Part shown: positions 37,901 through 46,433 of the stretch, in pieces | How positions within the stretch are numbered: position 1 is the first letter of the stretch | How the letters are laid out: every line of letters begins with the position of its first letter | Virus record (IMG/VR): IMGVR_UViG_3300020167_000001 | Coordinates: 21,021-85,020 of that record | Reading direction: 5' to 3' (one strand) | DNA: 64,000 nucleotides | Origin: a virus | Notes under the pieces: model-generated | Databases searched by the model: none | Seen by the model: the letters and a program-made list of their open reading frames with translations, nothing else | What the model was told of the DNA's origin: nothing | Program-made: the position numbers and the translations under genes

Positions 37901-40060
37901 CCTGTAGGAAACTGTTATACTGAAGTTAAATATAATGCTGCAGGTAACTTGATTGATGATTTAGGGAATGTTATAGGTACTACTTCTAAAACCACAACTT
38001 TATTTAATGGAGATGTTTATATTAATCGATATACAGAAAAAAATACATTCTTCTTTTTTTATGATTGGTTAGAAGGTCAACCTGAAGGAGCTCATTTAAA
38101 TTATTTGGCACATACCATGGTGCCGTATCCTAGATATTGGGCTAATTTTGATGAATTTCAAACTAGTGATTTTACATCAAATGTTATAAGTCAATTAGCT
38201 GGTGGTAGTATACCTTCTATTACAGCTGGTTCTCCTATTAATCCTGCTGTACCTAGTGATTATTATGCTTTAGATGGAGCTACTATATCCGGTGGTGGTG
38301 GTATTGGTGGTATTACTTTAACCAACTTATTTAGATTTGATAAACGAGGTTGGTTCTATTTATTCAATTCAGGAGTAAGAGAGTTTTTTGTTGAGAGTGA
38401 AATTAATACAGCATACAGAGAACAAGGTCCTTTAGAATCTCAAAAATTCTTTGATCCATATAGTGGTGGAGATACTAAAACTATATTTAAAACTGAACAT
38501 ATTAAGTCAGGAAATTATTATAAATATGATATTTCATTAAGTGTAACCAAGTTATTTAGTAATTATGTTTCTTGGGCTGCAATGCAATCTCCACAGTATA
38601 ACCCCAACTTAGCTGAAAGTTGTTTTATCTATCAGGATAGCCGAGTTATATATTCTTTACCTGCACAATTTGAAGGTCTTAAAGATGGTTGGAAAGTTTT
38701 CTTAACTAATAATTATTATGATTTTGATAATGTACCGACATGTATAAAACCAATCAATAAAAGCGGAGCTATTATATTCTTTGATGCCGCCAGCCCAGTT
38801 CAGTTTCAAGGAACTGACCAATTACAAACAGGTCTTGGCACCAAACTTACAATTGGTGATGGTGGATTATTTTCTCAACCATTACAAGCTTTAGTAAATG
38901 TTGAAAACTCACATGAATATGGTTCTTGTCAAAATAGGATGAGTGTTATTAATACACCTGCAGGAGTATTTTGGATGAGTCAAAATCAAGGTAAGATATT
39001 TACTGTTGTAGGTAATGGAATTAAAGCTATCTCTGATGAAGGTTTAAAATGGTGGTTTGCTAGTTTTTTACCATATCAAATAGTAAAAGATTTTCCAGGA
39101 TTTGAATTATTAGATAATCCGGTTATCGGAGTTGCTTGTCAATCTGTATATGATAATGAGAATGGTTTATTATATTTCTGTAAAAAAGATTATTCTTTAA
39201 AAACAAATTTAAGTGAAACATTAACCTACGTGGGAGGAAATAACTTTCAGGTAGATCAAACTGGATTAGTACTCGAACTAGGGAATCCAAATTCTCCATG
39301 GGACTTGTATTTTGATGATGCGTCATGGACTATTAGTTATGATCCTAAAGGTCAAGGTGAATGGCTTAGTCTTCATGATTGGCACCCTAACTTTTGCTTG
39401 CCAGGTAAGAATACTTTCTTAACTGTAAATCCTTTAGATAGAAATAGTTTATGGATTCACAATGAACGCTGTGATTTATACTGTAACTACTATGGTATTG
39501 ATTATCCTTTTGAGGTTGAGTTTACTGTGAACACGGGTCAAGATGTTAATTCTTTAAGAAGTATTCAGTACCTTTTAGAATGCTATAAATATGCACCTAA
39601 CTGTTTTGATAGATTTCATGTTCTTGATTATAATTTTGATGAAGCTACTATTTACAATACTGAACAAACTTCAGGTTTATTGAAACTAGTATTAAATCCT
39701 AAAAATGATCCTACAGCTATCTTACAATACCCTATAATTAATCCAACTAATATTAATGTGCTCTTCTCTAAAGAAGAAAACAAATATAGGTTCAATCAAT
39801 TTTGGGATATCACTGATGACCGCGGAGAGTTCTTTAATCCTTTAATACCAGGCTTTGCACAAAGAACAATTTGGGATACACAACCTAATGGTTATGTTAG
39901 ATTATTAAATGCCAATAACTTAAATTATAATAAAGCCGATTTCCAAAAGAAAAAATTCAGACATTATACTGTATCTGTTTTATTAAGAAAATTAGTATCT
40001 GGAGACAGAAAGATGTTGGTGATGCTCAGTGACGTAAAGAATTTACTATCTCCTAGATAA
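34925..40060 (+). CDS. Tail stabilisation/muzzle protein
   Basis: 1711 aa; ARNA, YWDDGLNP, GYMRDEVY, GDVYINRY and WTISY..W.S.HDW motifs. Confidence 0.8.
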   Translation: MADEQQNNSGGQVRTFDKSLNEDVNDFHLPSNEWTQARNAINNSITGDLGKLGNEPANKECIRLTYPFATMTGFIYVIEDYWLVYSTDGAGISEIGLFQEGSCSYLPLVNDSCLGFTLENLIKGVSRSTSACTYKAYWDDGLNPSRNLEFNIPEDMIAAAAAPTDPILNPNYYTNPESAIPWIQTCVDSNGGLPGGCIICTNTPALDCDKIRLALLIKPICIRVERGYAGGNLLNGSYMVAMAYAVKGQKISDLYVSNIQPLFDQNNSASALDVFIDDIDLTYDEVIVYTISTINQQTVVRQAGLYSTRQTRLSFDTIFDTWPAFPIEQVPIMSPIVNKSDAMYNVGEYLLRVGPTSKEDFNYQPLANQITCKWQSVEYPADYYHKGGNNVGYMRDEVYPYFIQWIYDTGDKSASYHIPGRPASAADKAPLPPTVGNNIYPDDDEYWKVYSTSSMGPLTPFPNTVQADGGVLIAEGLMSYWESSEFYPDKKPDIWNSSAHPWSTVGTLPYSYSQISDYDLCGTPIRHHKFPEDAIPGSFDKASIFETGGNKIRVMGVAFDNIKAPRDNSGNVIPGIVGYRILRGTRNGNKTVIAKGIINNMRSYLIPNAGSSKLGLFPNYPYNDLGGDDYLSINRSRTLNDTVVGFPYPSGISGAPNHFSERDYTFHSPETNFNNPFLATKEFRVYGNMWGETTGKFDLSEKHPKEKLISNLSFLIASIGGVGLAVVAANGTRQSTYKKPQTMGLTTSSTGYTIIFSPSISDQVLIPVENAAINAATGIATPLIESTVLLNTTVTGLSTGAQYQILQDTINGIATSSSFTKTTEHVQSNGYLDDLGTGIATLVAAPMFVNAFSTGTDSIIELIKALLEYRDFAVRYHSKGYYSNYDTTGGTKRNLIDNQRYLNPEIALLDNGKSINNLFRSRTVHFETAAGTNQFGAPGIVDNSRFTGNDLGITDIDSLLKEEINRTCSSHYGALKVRIRNQYGQLNNIVQLPVGNCYTEVKYNAAGNLIDDLGNVIGTTSKTTTLFNGDVYINRYTEKNTFFFFYDWLEGQPEGAHLNYLAHTMVPYPRYWANFDEFQTSDFTSNVISQLAGGSIPSITAGSPINPAVPSDYYALDGATISGGGGIGGITLTNLFRFDKRGWFYLFNSGVREFFVESEINTAYREQGPLESQKFFDPYSGGDTKTIFKTEHIKSGNYYKYDISLSVTKLFSNYVSWAAMQSPQYNPNLAESCFIYQDSRVIYSLPAQFEGLKDGWKVFLTNNYYDFDNVPTCIKPINKSGAIIFFDAASPVQFQGTDQLQTGLGTKLTIGDGGLFSQPLQALVNVENSHEYGSCQNRMSVINTPAGVFWMSQNQGKIFTVVGNGIKAISDEGLKWWFASFLPYQIVKDFPGFELLDNPVIGVACQSVYDNENGLLYFCKKDYSLKTNLSETLTYVGGNNFQVDQTGLVLELGNPNSPWDLYFDDASWTISYDPKGQGEWLSLHDWHPNFCLPGKNTFLTVNPLDRNSLWIHNERCDLYCNYYGIDYPFEVEFTVNTGQDVNSLRSIQYLLECYKYAPNCFDRFHVLDYNFDEATIYNTEQTSGLLKLVLNPKNDPTAILQYPIINPTNINVLFSKEENKYRFNQFWDITDDRGEFFNPLIPGFAQRTIWDTQPNGYVRLLNANNLNYNKADFQKKKFRHYTVSVLLRKLVSGDRKMLVMLSDVKNLLSPR

Positions 40061-40061
40061 T

Positions 40062-40781
40062 ATGAAAAGATATTGTATATATAAAATAACTAGTCCTTCA
40101 GGAAAATTATATATTGGACAAACCTGTAATTTTTCTAAAAGGTATAATGCTTATAAAACTAGCAATGCAAAAAGTCAACCAAAACTTAATTACAGTTTTT
40201 TAAAGTATGGTATTGAAAATCATAAATTTGAAATAATAGTAGAAAATTTAGATAGTCATGAAGTAAATCCTATGGAAAATTTTTATATAAAGTATTATAA
40301 TTGTGTAACACTTGGTCTCAATTGTTCTTATGATGCTTTATCACCTATGAAAAATAGAAAACATTCTATTGAAACTAAAAATAAAATGTCTTTACAAAGA
40401 AAAGGTAAGAGTTTTGGTATTAGAACTACACAACATATAGAAAATTTAAAAAAAGCTATACAAAAAACTTTTATAGATGGTAGAATAGGTGCTAGAAAAG
40501 GTGTTGTTTTATCTGTAGAGACTAAAGATAAACTTAAAAAAGTTCAATTAGGTAGAATACATTCTGATAATCATAAATTAAAAGTAAGTTTAAATCATGG
40601 AAGCAGAAAATTATCTATGGATCAAGTTCTTGATATAAAAAATAGATTATTAAATGGAGAAAAAAGAATGAAACTTGTAAAAGAATTTAAAGTATCTTAT
40701 ACAACAATTAGAGATATTTATACAGGCCAAAGATCTGATTTAATGTTAGCTGATATTAAAAACCTTTTATCACCTAGATAA
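40062..40781 (+). mobile_element. Free-standing GIY-YIG homing endonuclease with NUMOD3-like repeats and HTH
   Basis: CIYKITSPSGKLYIGQT, KHSIETKNKMS-type repeats; its C-terminus duplicates the muzzle C-terminus. Confidence 0.9.
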
Positions 40782-41956
40782 TGAAAAGTAATGGAGTTCC
40801 TAAAATAGAATATTCAGGCAAAGAGCCTGCTTCTACTAGACCAAATTATAAAAAGAAGGATAGAATAGTTGATCCTGGTTTTCCTGTTGACCCCATGGGT
40901 TATTGGAATCCGGCTAATATAGGAAAAATTGTTCAGGTTCCTACAGAAGATGGTCATATTACAATGAAAGGTGTAGACCAACCTCTATGGGGAATGGATG
41001 AACACGGTAATACTCAGTACCAAATGCCCGGTATGGAATATCATTATCCTGGTCAATTTATTACAGAGTATCCTATTGCTAAAGATGGAGGATGGTTAGA
41101 TACAATGCAAGAAGGAGGTTCTAAAAATCCTGAATGGTATAATGGTAAATTAGCAACCAGTTCTAAATATCCATTACCGTCAGCAGATAAAAGAAAGATT
41201 CCTCAATCAGGCATGGTTGTAGATAAAAGAACCAATCAAGCTTATTACTTTGGAGACAAAGGGGAGACTGGAACTTTTCCGGTTCTTACCGGTAAGAATC
41301 CTGAAGGTAATGTTAATACTTACTCTTTATCTGATCTTAAAGAAAATTCTAAATTAAGAAATACTCCCGCTGGCTACTACACTATAAACAGAGAATCTAC
41401 TTATAAATCTCCAGACATGTTGCAGCATTATGCCGGTATGATGAGAGATGTAGAACCTATTCCTGCATACGGAGTTCCTGCTCCAAATGCAAAAGATTTA
41501 GGCTTTCATCTTACTTATATGGACCCGTTTAACCCGGCTGTTTACAAAAACCGAGACAGTCTTTATAGAGGAAAAGAAAGTGACAGAAATGCTTCCTACG
41601 GCTGTGTGAATTGTGAAAGAGAATCTTATGAAGCATTCAATAAAGCTGTTCCTAAGACAGACACTATGATGGTTTTAGATAGCAAAAATTATGCTGATAA
41701 GATTTTATTAGAGCAGGCCAAAAACAGAATGAAGACTAAACCTTTAATGGAAGAAGGTGGTTGGCTGGATGAAGTTGATGAATTTAGGAGAGGTGGTCAA
41801 AAAGGTTTAAACAAGTTTACTTCTAAAAATATTCAATCTAGTGTTAATGACATCATGATGAGAAATGTAACTTTGTTTGGACCAACGGGTAAAAGAAGAT
41901 ACAAACCCGGCTTAAAGTTTGAAGAAGGTGGAGAATGGCTTGATAATATTGTTTAA
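40781..41956 (+). CDS. Cargo-region protein with L,D-transpeptidase (YkuD)-like domain
   Basis: VVDKRTN..FPVLTG..TPAGYY..GFH..ASYGCVN, flanked by GGWLD repeats. Confidence 0.75.
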   Translation: MKSNGVPKIEYSGKEPASTRPNYKKKDRIVDPGFPVDPMGYWNPANIGKIVQVPTEDGHITMKGVDQPLWGMDEHGNTQYQMPGMEYHYPGQFITEYPIAKDGGWLDTMQEGGSKNPEWYNGKLATSSKYPLPSADKRKIPQSGMVVDKRTNQAYYFGDKGETGTFPVLTGKNPEGNVNTYSLSDLKENSKLRNTPAGYYTINRESTYKSPDMLQHYAGMMRDVEPIPAYGVPAPNAKDLGFHLTYMDPFNPAVYKNRDSLYRGKESDRNASYGCVNCERESYEAFNKAVPKTDTMMVLDSKNYADKILLEQAKNRMKTKPLMEEGGWLDEVDEFRRGGQKGLNKFTSKNIQSSVNDIMMRNVTLFGPTGKRRYKPGLKFEEGGEWLDNIV

Positions 41957-41970
41957 TTTTTGTATATTTG
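41939..41970 (+). promoter_or_regulatory. Promoter abutting a start codon
   Basis: CTTG-N20-TATATTTG with ATG at 41974. Confidence 0.55.
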
Positions 41971-41973
41971 TAT

Positions 41974-44900
41974 ATGACTAAAGAAGAGATTTTAGCCGCT
42001 GCAGGCTTTGATAACACACCAGCAGGTGTTGCTGCTTTTTATAAGAAGTTTAAATCTAAAGAAGATTTCGATAACCATATGGCTAGTGGGGGCAGCTCTA
42101 AAGGAGCACCCACTGCTAAAGAGTTTTTTGACTTTGGAGCTACAACTAATCTTAACATTCCTTTTGGGAACTTTGCTTATGGCGGAGCTCCCTGTATGGA
42201 CTGTGGAGGTTATATGAGTCATGGGGGTTTTACAGATATGTTAAATAGTGTGACTAAACAATATAAAAAAGATATCAGTAAAAATACAGTTACTCAAGGC
42301 GGGAACGATCTTAATCCTGGTCAAAATATGACCATGCAGTTTAAAAACAAATTAACTCAGAATTTTCAAATGGCTTCCCTTGATGAAATTCATAATGAAT
42401 TTAAACAGATGGGTGGAGCTAGTTTTAGTACAGGCATCGATTATCAAAACCAAGCTTATCAAAACATGTATCAATCCAAGATAGGTCAATATGATCAAAA
42501 CTTAAAGGATGATAGTAATAATTTATTTCAAGCTTTAAGTCAAGCTCAATATGGTATGCCTGTAGGTCCTAATCTTATAGGAGGATTATCGCCAGCTCAG
42601 ATAGCTGCTTTACAATTCTCTTCTAAATATGTAGGTGATAATGAAAGAAATAACTCTAATAAACAATCTTATCAGAGTAATCAAAATGCTGTAGGAAATC
42701 AACAAACACAAAATCCAGTTCCTGGAGCTTATGCTAATTATTATTTACAAGAATATCAAAATAAACATTTTGGTCCTTGGGGTAAAACTCGTATGACTTT
42801 TGGAACAGGTAACCCTAACCAGGGCAGTACAGGTTCCTATAATCAAAATGCCCCAGTTAAAGGAAATCCTTATGGAGATCATAAGTATAATCCTTTTCAA
42901 CCGGCTACTGAAGATGCTGGAGCTAATTCTAATGAATCATGGTTTAGCAGATGGAGAGCTGCTCAACAAGGTAAATCTGAAGATAGAGCTCGTGCTAAGA
43001 AATATAATCATAGACCTGAAGAAACTCAAACGGGTACAAACGGTGCTATTTACGATTATGAGAAAGACATGCCTACCGACTATAATCCTAAAAAGATGAC
43101 TAATTGGGATTGGTATAATCCTGATGAACCTATTTCAAAAGAATTTGGTGGGCCGATGTATCAAATGGCTGGAGCTGTTCAATATGATCAGTTTGGAAAT
43201 CCTATTGACCCAAACAAGCAAATGATGAAGAGAAATACTTTTGGTTCAAATGCTACCGATAACACTTTTGGTACAAATAACATTTTCAAAGGAGATGCTC
43301 AAAGAAATACTTTTGGTACACCTAAGCCTCAACAAGATATTCAAAATCAGCAAAACCCTCAAAATAATTCTAGCTTTACTGTTGAAAGTAAACATGGACC
43401 TCAATTTGGAGCCGGTGCCGCAGATATAATGATTGCTGGTATTAATACGGCTGCTTCTGCAATCAATAAAGCTAAAGATAAATCAGGTCAACAATTATCT
43501 AATTTACAATTAGCTGATAACTCTTTTATTAAAAATCCTTTAAATGCTCAATCTCAAGGTGACTATGATCCTAACTCAGGAATATTAAGACCTGACCAAT
43601 ATGTACCTGTACAATTTTATGGTCAATTTGGTGGAGAAAATGATTTACCTATGGCTAGAGAAGGTCTTGATTTAAGAGCTGGCTTGTACGGTACTAATGG
43701 TAACCGTCAATTTAGTTTACCTAATAGAACTCAAAGTACTAAATTTTCAGAACCTTTAACGGATGTTCGAACTACATTACAACCTGTAGATAGAGCCGAT
43801 GCTAATGTAGAAGCTGAAAAGAAAGAACAAGTAGTTATCAATATTGATAATCTTCCTACTAACTTTAAGATTGGTGGAGAAAGACATTCTAAAGGAGGAA
43901 CACCTTTAAATCTTCCTGATGATTCTTTTATCTTCAGTGATACACCTAAAATGGTTATTAAAGATCCTATTATCTTAGCTCAGTTTGGAATGATTCCTAA
44001 AAAATCAGGATACACTCCCGCAGAGATTGCTAAGAAATATGATATCAATAAGTTCAGACAAGTTCTGGCAAATAAAGATGCTGAAGATTTAGAAAAGAAA
44101 ACAGCTGAAATGATGATTGCTAATTACAATATGAAGTTAGCAAAACTTGCTTTACTACAAGAGTCAATGAAAGGTTTCCCACAAGGTATCCCTAAAATGG
44201 CTATGCCTTATGTTGAAGCTAATGAAATTAATCCTCAAGATTTAATCGGAGGAGCTAATCAAGCTGGGCCTAAACAGATGGATCCTAATATGGAAAGTAC
44301 TGAACAAGGTCAATCTGATGAACCTGATACAGACATGGGAGTTTCTAGATTTGGTGGTTTAGTAAAAGCTCAAGATGGACACGCGGTAACTAAAGGTTTT
44401 GGTGCACCTTTGATTAGAAAATCTGAAGGAGAATTCGCTGCTAAATATCCTGCAATTTACAATGCTTACATGACAGCTTTGAATAATAAAGATGCAGCTG
44501 AAATGCACAAGGTTGCCGACCTTATTGAGAAACAACAAAAAACTCAAACACCTTGGTATTCTTTGGATATGATTCCAGGCACTGATGCTGATATGTTTGA
44601 AAACTTATCTTCTGTTTTAAAAGAGGAGGCTGCAAAAATTAGTGGTAACTCTTCCTATAAGCCAGAGGTTATCAAAAGTAAATACAAAGATTTACCTGTT
44701 AAAGCTTTAGGTATTTACGGTAAGTTGAAACAAGAATATGCAGCTATTCCTAAAGATGACTACATGAAGCTTATTGAAAAGGATAATCAGATAAAGAAAA
44801 TTGAAAGTTATCTTCCTCAAAATAAAGCAAGATTTTTACCGGAGTCTGTAAAAGAACCTTGGCAATTATATAACAAAGAAGACTTAACTGTAATCAATGC

Positions 44901-45147
44901 TTTGTTCAATGATACTTTTAAACCAACATCTGGTGCTATCAAAGTAGATAAAACTAAAGTTGATAATACAACTAAGCCTGTTGAACAAAAAGTAGTTAAA
45001 GCTGCAACTCAAGCTGAACAACAACCTGCAAATATTGAGATAAAAACAAAACCTGCAAAGGCAACTAAATCTAATAAAACAAGTGTTGATACTTTTTATG
45101 TAGATGATTTGTCACCCGAAGAAAAAGCATTATTAGGATTAAAATAA
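41974..45147 (+). CDS. Internal cargo/ejection protein
   Basis: Low-complexity Q/N/G regions, many xxxGG motifs, EAEKKE..GERHSKGG..FIFSD domain. ATG 41974 is preferred over TTG 41968. Confidence 0.7.
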   Translation: MTKEEILAAAGFDNTPAGVAAFYKKFKSKEDFDNHMASGGSSKGAPTAKEFFDFGATTNLNIPFGNFAYGGAPCMDCGGYMSHGGFTDMLNSVTKQYKKDISKNTVTQGGNDLNPGQNMTMQFKNKLTQNFQMASLDEIHNEFKQMGGASFSTGIDYQNQAYQNMYQSKIGQYDQNLKDDSNNLFQALSQAQYGMPVGPNLIGGLSPAQIAALQFSSKYVGDNERNNSNKQSYQSNQNAVGNQQTQNPVPGAYANYYLQEYQNKHFGPWGKTRMTFGTGNPNQGSTGSYNQNAPVKGNPYGDHKYNPFQPATEDAGANSNESWFSRWRAAQQGKSEDRARAKKYNHRPEETQTGTNGAIYDYEKDMPTDYNPKKMTNWDWYNPDEPISKEFGGPMYQMAGAVQYDQFGNPIDPNKQMMKRNTFGSNATDNTFGTNNIFKGDAQRNTFGTPKPQQDIQNQQNPQNNSSFTVESKHGPQFGAGAADIMIAGINTAASAINKAKDKSGQQLSNLQLADNSFIKNPLNAQSQGDYDPNSGILRPDQYVPVQFYGQFGGENDLPMAREGLDLRAGLYGTNGNRQFSLPNRTQSTKFSEPLTDVRTTLQPVDRADANVEAEKKEQVVINIDNLPTNFKIGGERHSKGGTPLNLPDDSFIFSDTPKMVIKDPIILAQFGMIPKKSGYTPAEIAKKYDINKFRQVLANKDAEDLEKKTAEMMIANYNMKLAKLALLQESMKGFPQGIPKMAMPYVEANEINPQDLIGGANQAGPKQMDPNMESTEQGQSDEPDTDMGVSRFGGLVKAQDGHAVTKGFGAPLIRKSEGEFAAKYPAIYNAYMTALNNKDAAEMHKVADLIEKQQKTQTPWYSLDMIPGTDADMFENLSSVLKEEAAKISGNSSYKPEVIKSKYKDLPVKALGIYGKLKQEYAAIPKDDYMKLIEKDNQIKKIESYLPQNKARFLPESVKEPWQLYNKEDLTVINALFNDTFKPTSGAIKVDKTKVDNTTKPVEQKVVKAATQAEQQPANIEIKTKPAKATKSNKTSVDTFYVDDLSPEEKALLGLK

Positions 45148-45159
45148 AATAACAAGACC

Positions 45160-46362
45160 ATGGCCGATAAAACACCCTTAACCCCAGCACAAGCTGAAAT
45201 TATCAGACAACATAGAGCTAAGTCTAATCCTAGTAGAGTATTAACTCAACAAGAATATGATGAGTTAGCTAATTTATATCATACAGCTGAAACTTCATCT
45301 AAAGGTGATATCAATAAAGTAACTGAAGAAACAAAAGCTTTTCAGAAAAGATACCATGAACTTTTACCTCAAGAGGCTACTCGTATTTTGGCTAAACATG
45401 ATAAAACTACCAATAAAGGTTTAAATGAAAAATTAGCTCAGTTTGATTTGGAAGGTAATGTGGATGGTATGTTTGGCCCTAGGACAAAACAATACTGGCA
45501 AGCTGTTCAGAAGCCTGCTGCTATGCCAGAGGCTCCTGATGATACTACTCAATTAACTATAGCTGATACAGCAAAGCCTGATCAAACTCTTCCTCCTATA
45601 GGAACCAATCCTATTATACCTCAGCTTCGAGGTAAGCAAAAAGCTCCTTGGTGGTTACAAGATATTATAGGAACTGCCGGGGCTGCCTACGACCTTGCTA
45701 ATATTAAGAGATATCAACCATGGCAAGCTACTCCTGAAGTACGCGTACCTGATTTAACATTATATAGTCCTGAAAGACAGCTGGCGGCTAACTCTGAGCA
45801 AGCTAATATGGCTTACCAGGCACAAACTGCTTTTACTAATCCTCAACAATTAGCTGCAGCTAGTTCTGTAATTCAAGGACAAGCTGCTAAAAATGCTGCT
45901 GATACTTTAGGTCAATACAATAACTTAAACGTAGGATTAACTAACAATTACCATAACAGAGTAACTGATATTTTAAACCAGGCTTCTCAAAATAAAGCTA
46001 ATCTTGATACTCAATTATTTGATAAGTATACTATTTTAAATCAGCAATTTGATAACAGTAAAGCTATGGCCCATCAAAATTTAAGACAACAAGTTATTAA
46101 TGGTGTTACCAATAGAGCCAACACAGCTAATTTAAATAGCTTGTATCCTCAGTATGCTGTTAATCCTATGGATGGTGGTATGGCTTATTTTAAAGGTGAT
46201 AATTCAGGAATTCAAGCCAACCCTAATTATGACCATGGTGATATTAATACAAAATATAATGAAGCTTTAAAGTTAACAGGGGATCCTGACCGAGCTTTGA
46301 AATTATTACAATTACAAATGAAAGGTAATACGGGGTCTCATGAAGCATACAGTAATACATAA
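45160..46362 (+). CDS. Cargo/ejection protein
   Basis: Q/N/A-rich helical protein with a VDGMFGPRT motif. Confidence 0.65.
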   Translation: MADKTPLTPAQAEIIRQHRAKSNPSRVLTQQEYDELANLYHTAETSSKGDINKVTEETKAFQKRYHELLPQEATRILAKHDKTTNKGLNEKLAQFDLEGNVDGMFGPRTKQYWQAVQKPAAMPEAPDDTTQLTIADTAKPDQTLPPIGTNPIIPQLRGKQKAPWWLQDIIGTAGAAYDLANIKRYQPWQATPEVRVPDLTLYSPERQLAANSEQANMAYQAQTAFTNPQQLAAASSVIQGQAAKNAADTLGQYNNLNVGLTNNYHNRVTDILNQASQNKANLDTQLFDKYTILNQQFDNSKAMAHQNLRQQVINGVTNRANTANLNSLYPQYAVNPMDGGMAYFKGDNSGIQANPNYDHGDINTKYNEALKLTGDPDRALKLLQLQMKGNTGSHEAYSNT

Positions 46363-46433
46363 ATAAACTTTATATGTGTATTACCCTATTCTTTAAATTT
46401 TGTACATTTAAAACATAATATTTAACCACAGCT

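Noticed and set aside
43229-43320. RNTFG/DNTFG short repeats in the cargo protein
   Set aside because: Low-complexity in-frame peptide repeats, not an array or regulatory element.
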